The notes under the pieces: model-generated | Database searches by the model: none | What the model saw: the letters and a program-made list of their open reading frames with translations, nothing else | What the model was told of the DNA's origin: nothing | Shown here: positions 59,335 through 64,000 of the stretch, one piece after another | Numbering within the stretch: position 1 is the stretch's first letter | Layout of the letters: every line of letters starts with the position of its first letter | Assembly (NCBI GenBank): GCA_964016885.1 | Contig: OZ024740.1 | Span: forward strand, 79,856,001 to 79,920,000 | DNA length: 64,000 nucleotides | Direction of reading: 5' to 3' | Source: Eledone cirrhosa | Taxonomy: Eukaryota | Position numbers and translations under genes: made by a program

Positions 59335-59813
59335 GTTATATATATATATATATTATATATATGTTATATATATATATATATTATATATATTATATATATG
59401 TTATATATATATATATATTATATATATTATATATATTATATATATTATATATATGTTATATATATATATATATTATATATATTATATATATGTTATATAT
59501 ATATATATATTATATATATTATATATATGTTATATATATATATATATTATATATATGTTATATATATATATATCCCCAGCATGGCCTCAGCCGGATGGCT
59601 GCAACAGGTAAAAGAGTATATATATTATATATATATATTTATATATTATATATATATTATATATATATATATATATATTTATATATTATATATATATTAT
59701 ATATATATATATATATTTATATATTATATATATATTATATATATATATATATATATTTATATATTATATATATATTATATATATATATATATATTTATAT
59801 ATTATATATATAT

Positions 59814-59847
<34 letters not shown>

Positions 59848-59901
59848 ATATTATATATATATATATTATATATATATATATATATTATATATATATATAT
59901 T

Positions 59902-59946
<45 letters not shown>

Positions 59947-60486
59947 TATATATATATATATATATTATATATATTATATATATTATATATATATTATATA
60001 TATTATATATATTATATATATATTATATATATATTATATATATATATTATATATATATATTATATATATATATTATATATACATATATATATTATATATA
60101 CATATATATATTATATATACATATTATATATTATATATATATATTATATATATATATTACATATTATATATATATATTACATATTATATATATATATTAC
60201 ATATTATATATATATATTATATATATATATTATATATATATTATATATATATATTATATATATATTATATATATATATTATATATATATTATATATATAT
60301 ATTATATATATATTATATATATATATTATATATATATATTATATATATATTATATATATATGTTATATATATATATTATATATATATGTTATATATATAT
60401 ATTATATATATATATTATATATATGTTATATATATATATTATATATATTATATATATATGTTATATATATATATTATATATATATA
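58904..60486. repeat. (TA)n/(TTATA)n tract containing a 45-bp CR1 family 2 tail at 59574-59618 (+)
   Basis: ccccagcatggcctcagccggatggctgcaacaggtaaaagagta is the near reverse complement of 56697-56741. Confidence 0.9.
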
Positions 60487-61817
60487 TTTCTCGATTCTTC
60501 TCTCCATTCGAACCCATTCATTCAATCACTTCTATGTCCTAAATTCACACTATATCATATTTTCACCATTCTATATCATATCTTTTCTCTAAAAATCATA
60601 TTTTCCCTATCACCGCATTTTCTCTATCGTAATTTCTTAAACAAAACAAATCTTGTATTTTCGTTTATTGTTAAATCATGCCCAAAATACGGCTATCTTA
60701 TCTTAAACCTTACATTCTCGCTATCACTATTATATATTCCTTTAAATATAATTTGTTAAACTTGCTAAGTTTTACGCAAATCTTCGAGTACCTATTTAAA
60801 CTTTTAACCTCTGCTCCATCCCATATTCTACCCCCTACCCATTCATCATGCTGGTTCCTGCCCCCCCCTCCCTCTCTATACATATAAGATAAAACCCTAC
60901 CAAAATTAATCAAAATCGCCAACTCGCTATTTCTGGGATGGCTGTTCCCTTCGGTATAAAGTAACGTTCAAACTTTTCTCGATTCTTCTCTCCATTCGAA
61001 CCCATTCATTCAATCACTCCTATGTCCTAATTTCACACTATATCATATTCTCACCATTCTATATCATATCTTTTCTCTAAAAATCATATTTCCCCTATCA
61101 CCGCATTTTCTCTACCGTATTTTCTTAAACAAAACAAATCTTGTATTTTCGTTTATTGTTAAATTATGCCCAATTTTTTCTCGATTCTTCTCTCCATTCG
61201 AACCCATTCATTCAATCACTTCTATGTCCTAATTTCACACTGTATCATATTTTCACCATTCTATATCATATCTTTTCTCTAAAAATCATATTTCCCCTAT
61301 CACCGCATTTTCTCTACCGTATTTTCTTAAACAAAACAAATCTTGTATTTTCGTTTATTGTTAAATTATGCCCAATTTTTTCTCGATTCTTCTCTCCATT
61401 CGAACCCATTCATTCAATCACTTCTATGTCCTAATTTCACACTATATCATATTTTCACCATTCTATATCATATCTTTTCTCTAAAAATCATATTTCCCCT
61501 ATCACCGCATTTTCTCTACCGTATTTTCTTAAACAAAACAAATCTTGTATTTTCGTTTATTGTTAAATTATGCCCAATTTTTTCTCGATTCTTCTCTCCA
61601 TTCGAACCCATTCATTCAATCACTTCTATGTCCTAAATTCACACTATATCATATTTTCACCATTCTATATCATATCTTTTCTCTAAAAATCATATTTTCC
61701 CTATCACCGCATTTTCTCTATCGTAATTTCTTAAACAAAACAAATCTTGTATTTTCGTTTATTGTTAAATCATGCCCAAAATACGGCGATCTTATCTTAA
61801 ACCTTACATTCTCGCTA
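60487..61817. repeat. 202-bp tandem repeat: one unit, ~290-bp spacer, four units
   Basis: Units start near 60487, 60975, 61177, 61379 and 61581; near-identical ORFs at 202-bp spacing. Confidence 0.93.
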
Positions 61818-61920
61818 ACAACCCATCATCCCTCCCTCCCACCCCCACGCACCACCATTATTACGTGGACCAATCATAAGGCAGAGGCCCATACTATCGC
61901 TTAACTGGTTGCTTTTCGAT

Positions 61921-64000
61921 ATGATGGATGGACTACGGAATTCTGGAGAGTTGAAGAGAGAAAAATGTGGATGCTCACTGACAATGCCAAAGATAAAGCC
62001 AAATTCACCTCGTGGACGAGAATGCAAGCACTCCTCCTTGTTTCGGCCCAGGATGGCTAACATAACCCCATCTCCCCCCGCGCCCCACCGCTCCCACCCT
62101 CCAAACGCAATCCAAAACTTCAGAGTTGGTACCATGAATGTAGGCACCTTAAAGGGTCGCTCTAACGAGGTTGTAGAAATGCTTGAACGTAAGGAGGTCG
62201 ATGTTTGTTGTATTCAAGAGACCAGGTGGAGGGGAGGGTCGGCTAGATTCATCGTGGGTAAAGAGCGATGCTATAAGCTTTTCTGGGTGGGAAATGACAA
62301 TGGGTTGGGTGGGGTAGGAATCATGGTAGCAGAAAAGTGGGCAGATAAGATAATAGACGTAAATAGAGTGAACGACAGAATAATTAAAATAAGACTTGTC
62401 CTCAATAAAACTACGGTGACAGTAATATCTGCGTACGCACCCCAATCCGGACTGCCCGGCGCTATAAAAGACAGATTCTACGAGACACTGATGCTCGCTA
62501 CCTCCCAAGTAACCGACAGTGACTATATAGTTATTGCAGGCGACCTAAATGGTCACGTTGGACAACATTGTGACGGCTATGACGGAATCCATGGAGGCTA
62601 TGGGTTCGGTACTAGAAATGAGGAAGGCTCCAGAATCCTGGAATTCTGCGACGCAAATAACTTAACTATCTGTAACACTAACTTCAAAAAACGAGACAAT
62701 CACTTGATCACCTATAGATCGGGGGAACACACAAGCCAGGTAGATTATATCCTTACCAGAAGACGTGACAGAGTGTCTGTTGTTAACACTAAATCCCACC
62801 CCCATGAAGAATTCACCTCCCAACATAGACTGATAATTAGCGACCTCATAGTCAGGACGAGACGTACTAGACAGCGGAAGAGGACTATCCTCAGGAGAAA
62901 AATATGGAAGCTAAAGGACCCCATAGCCAGAAATAAATTTCAAAGCAAATTACTTGACGCTTTCGACAGTAAGGAAGAGCAATTAGAGTCGTATAATATA
63001 GAGGAACAGTGGGAATTCCTGAGAGCAAACCTGCTGACGGCGGCAGACGAAGTCTGTGGCTGGAGCAGGCCTGTAGGTAGGAGGAGAGTAACATGGTGGT
63101 GGAACAGTAAGGTGGAGGAGTCAATTAAGGCCAAAAAGCAGGCTTGGAAAGTATGGCGGGATGGGGGAAGGAGAGAAGACTATCAAGTGGCCAGGAGGGA
63201 AGCTAGGAGACAAGTGTACTTCGCAAGAAGGGAAGCAGAGGAAAGAAAGTTCAAGCATGTTCTACAACGAGAGGACCAAAAACGTGAGGTGTTCAGGATT
63301 GCCAGGCAATGTGTCAAGGAAAACCGTGATATTGTCGGGGAGAAGTGTGTACTTAACGATGATGGCATACTTGCCATAACCGACGCTGATAAGAAGGTAG
63401 CTTGGAAGTGTCACTACGAAAGGCTTCTAAATGAGGAGAACAAATGGGAGAAAGACAGTCTCCCCCAGATCGATCCAATAGAGGGACCAGCAGTGTTAGT
63501 TGAAGGTAGTATAATAAGTAAGGCAATCAAAGATATGAAGTCGGGTAAGGCGGCTGGGCCTTCGGAAATAGTTGCTGAGATGCTGAAGGCATCTGGTTCG
63601 GTGGGACACACCATGGTCACCCGGATAGTTAACCAAGTCGTACAGAATGGGGTTGTTCCGAAGGAATGGCGTAGCAGCATCATCGTTAACTGCTATAAGG
63701 GAAAAGGAGATGCCCTAGATAGGAGTAACTATAGAGGCATTAAATTAATCGACCAGGTCATGAAGGTCACGGAAAAAGTAATAGCGCAACTAATCAGAGA
63801 GAGAATTGATCTAGATGAAATGCAGTTCGGGTTTGTGTCAGGCAAAAGTACCACAGACGCTCTTTTCATTGTACGACAACTACAGGAGAAGTACCTAGCT
63901 AAAAGTAAACCCCTATACTTAGCTTTTGTCGACTTGGAGAAAGCCTTCGACAGAGTCCCCCGTTCCATTATCTGGTGGTCTCTTAGAAAACTAGGTGTTG
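61921..64000 (+). CDS. RTE LINE ORF (APE + RT), open to the window end
   Basis: ATG at 61921; [56 protein letters not shown]; no stop seen; near-identical to 43526 onward. Confidence 0.9.
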   Translation, partial: MMDGLRNSGELKREKCGCSLTMPKIKPNSPRGRECKHSSLFRPRMANITPSPPAPHRSHPPNAIQNFRVGTMNVGTLKGRSNEVVEMLERKEVDVCCIQETRWRGGSARFIVGKERCYKLFWVGNDNGLGGVGIMVAEKWADKIIDVNRVNDRIIKIRLVLNKTTVTVISAYAPQSGLPGAIKDRFYETLMLATSQVTDSDYIVIAGDLNGHVGQHCDGYDGIHGGYGFGTRNEEGSRILEFCDANNLTICNTNFKKRDNHLITYRSGEHTSQVDYILTRRRDRVSVVNTKSHPHEEFTSQHRLIISDLIVRTRRTRQRKRTILRRKIWKLKDPIARNKFQSKLLDAFDSKEEQLESYNIEEQWEFLRANLLTAADEVCGWSRPVGRRRVTWWWNSKVEESIKAKKQAWKVWRDGGRREDYQVARREARRQVYFARREAEERKFKHVLQREDQKREVFRIARQCVKENRDIVGEKCVLNDDGILAITDADKKVAWKCHYERLLNEENKWEKDSLPQIDPIEGPAVLVEGSIISKAIKDMKSGKAAGPSEIVAEMLKASGSVGHTMVTRIVNQVVQNGVVPKEWRSSIIVNCYKGKGDALDRSNYRGIKLIDQVMKVTEKVIAQLIRERIDLDEMQFGFVSGKSTTDALFIVRQLQEKYLAKSKPLYLAFVDLEKAFDRVPRSIIWWSLRKLGV

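Noticed and set aside
61141-61904. Repeated 97-aa hydrophobic ORF
   Set aside because: By-product of the 202-bp tandem repeat, whose length is not a multiple of 3.

Overview
Animal nuclear DNA, inferred to be coleoid cephalopod (octopus-like) from the SINE families and very long (TA)n/(TG)n tracts. I recognise no host protein-coding gene; most long ORFs in the track are YIYI-type translations of microsatellite. Bases 1-26 kb are AT-rich intron/intergenic-like DNA with old SINEs, piggyBac/Tc1-mariner/pogo MITEs, decayed RTE and Penelope-like (PLE) fragments and several fold-back inverted repeats. Bases 26.6-60.5 kb are one interrupted (TA)n field with more than 15 inserts: two CR1-like LINE families, an RTE LINE with an internal Cys/His finger, a repeated ~610-bp non-autonomous RTE derivative, PLE pieces and a non-autonomous Helitron. 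An apparently intact RTE ORF runs off the right edge. The most interesting signal is a set of short (TA)n-flanked inserts and PLE 3' ends carrying type I hammerhead ribozyme folds, including one with a compensatory U3-A8 core, a GUC cleavage site and a branched stem II (33956-34043). All calls are by eye; no database search was run.
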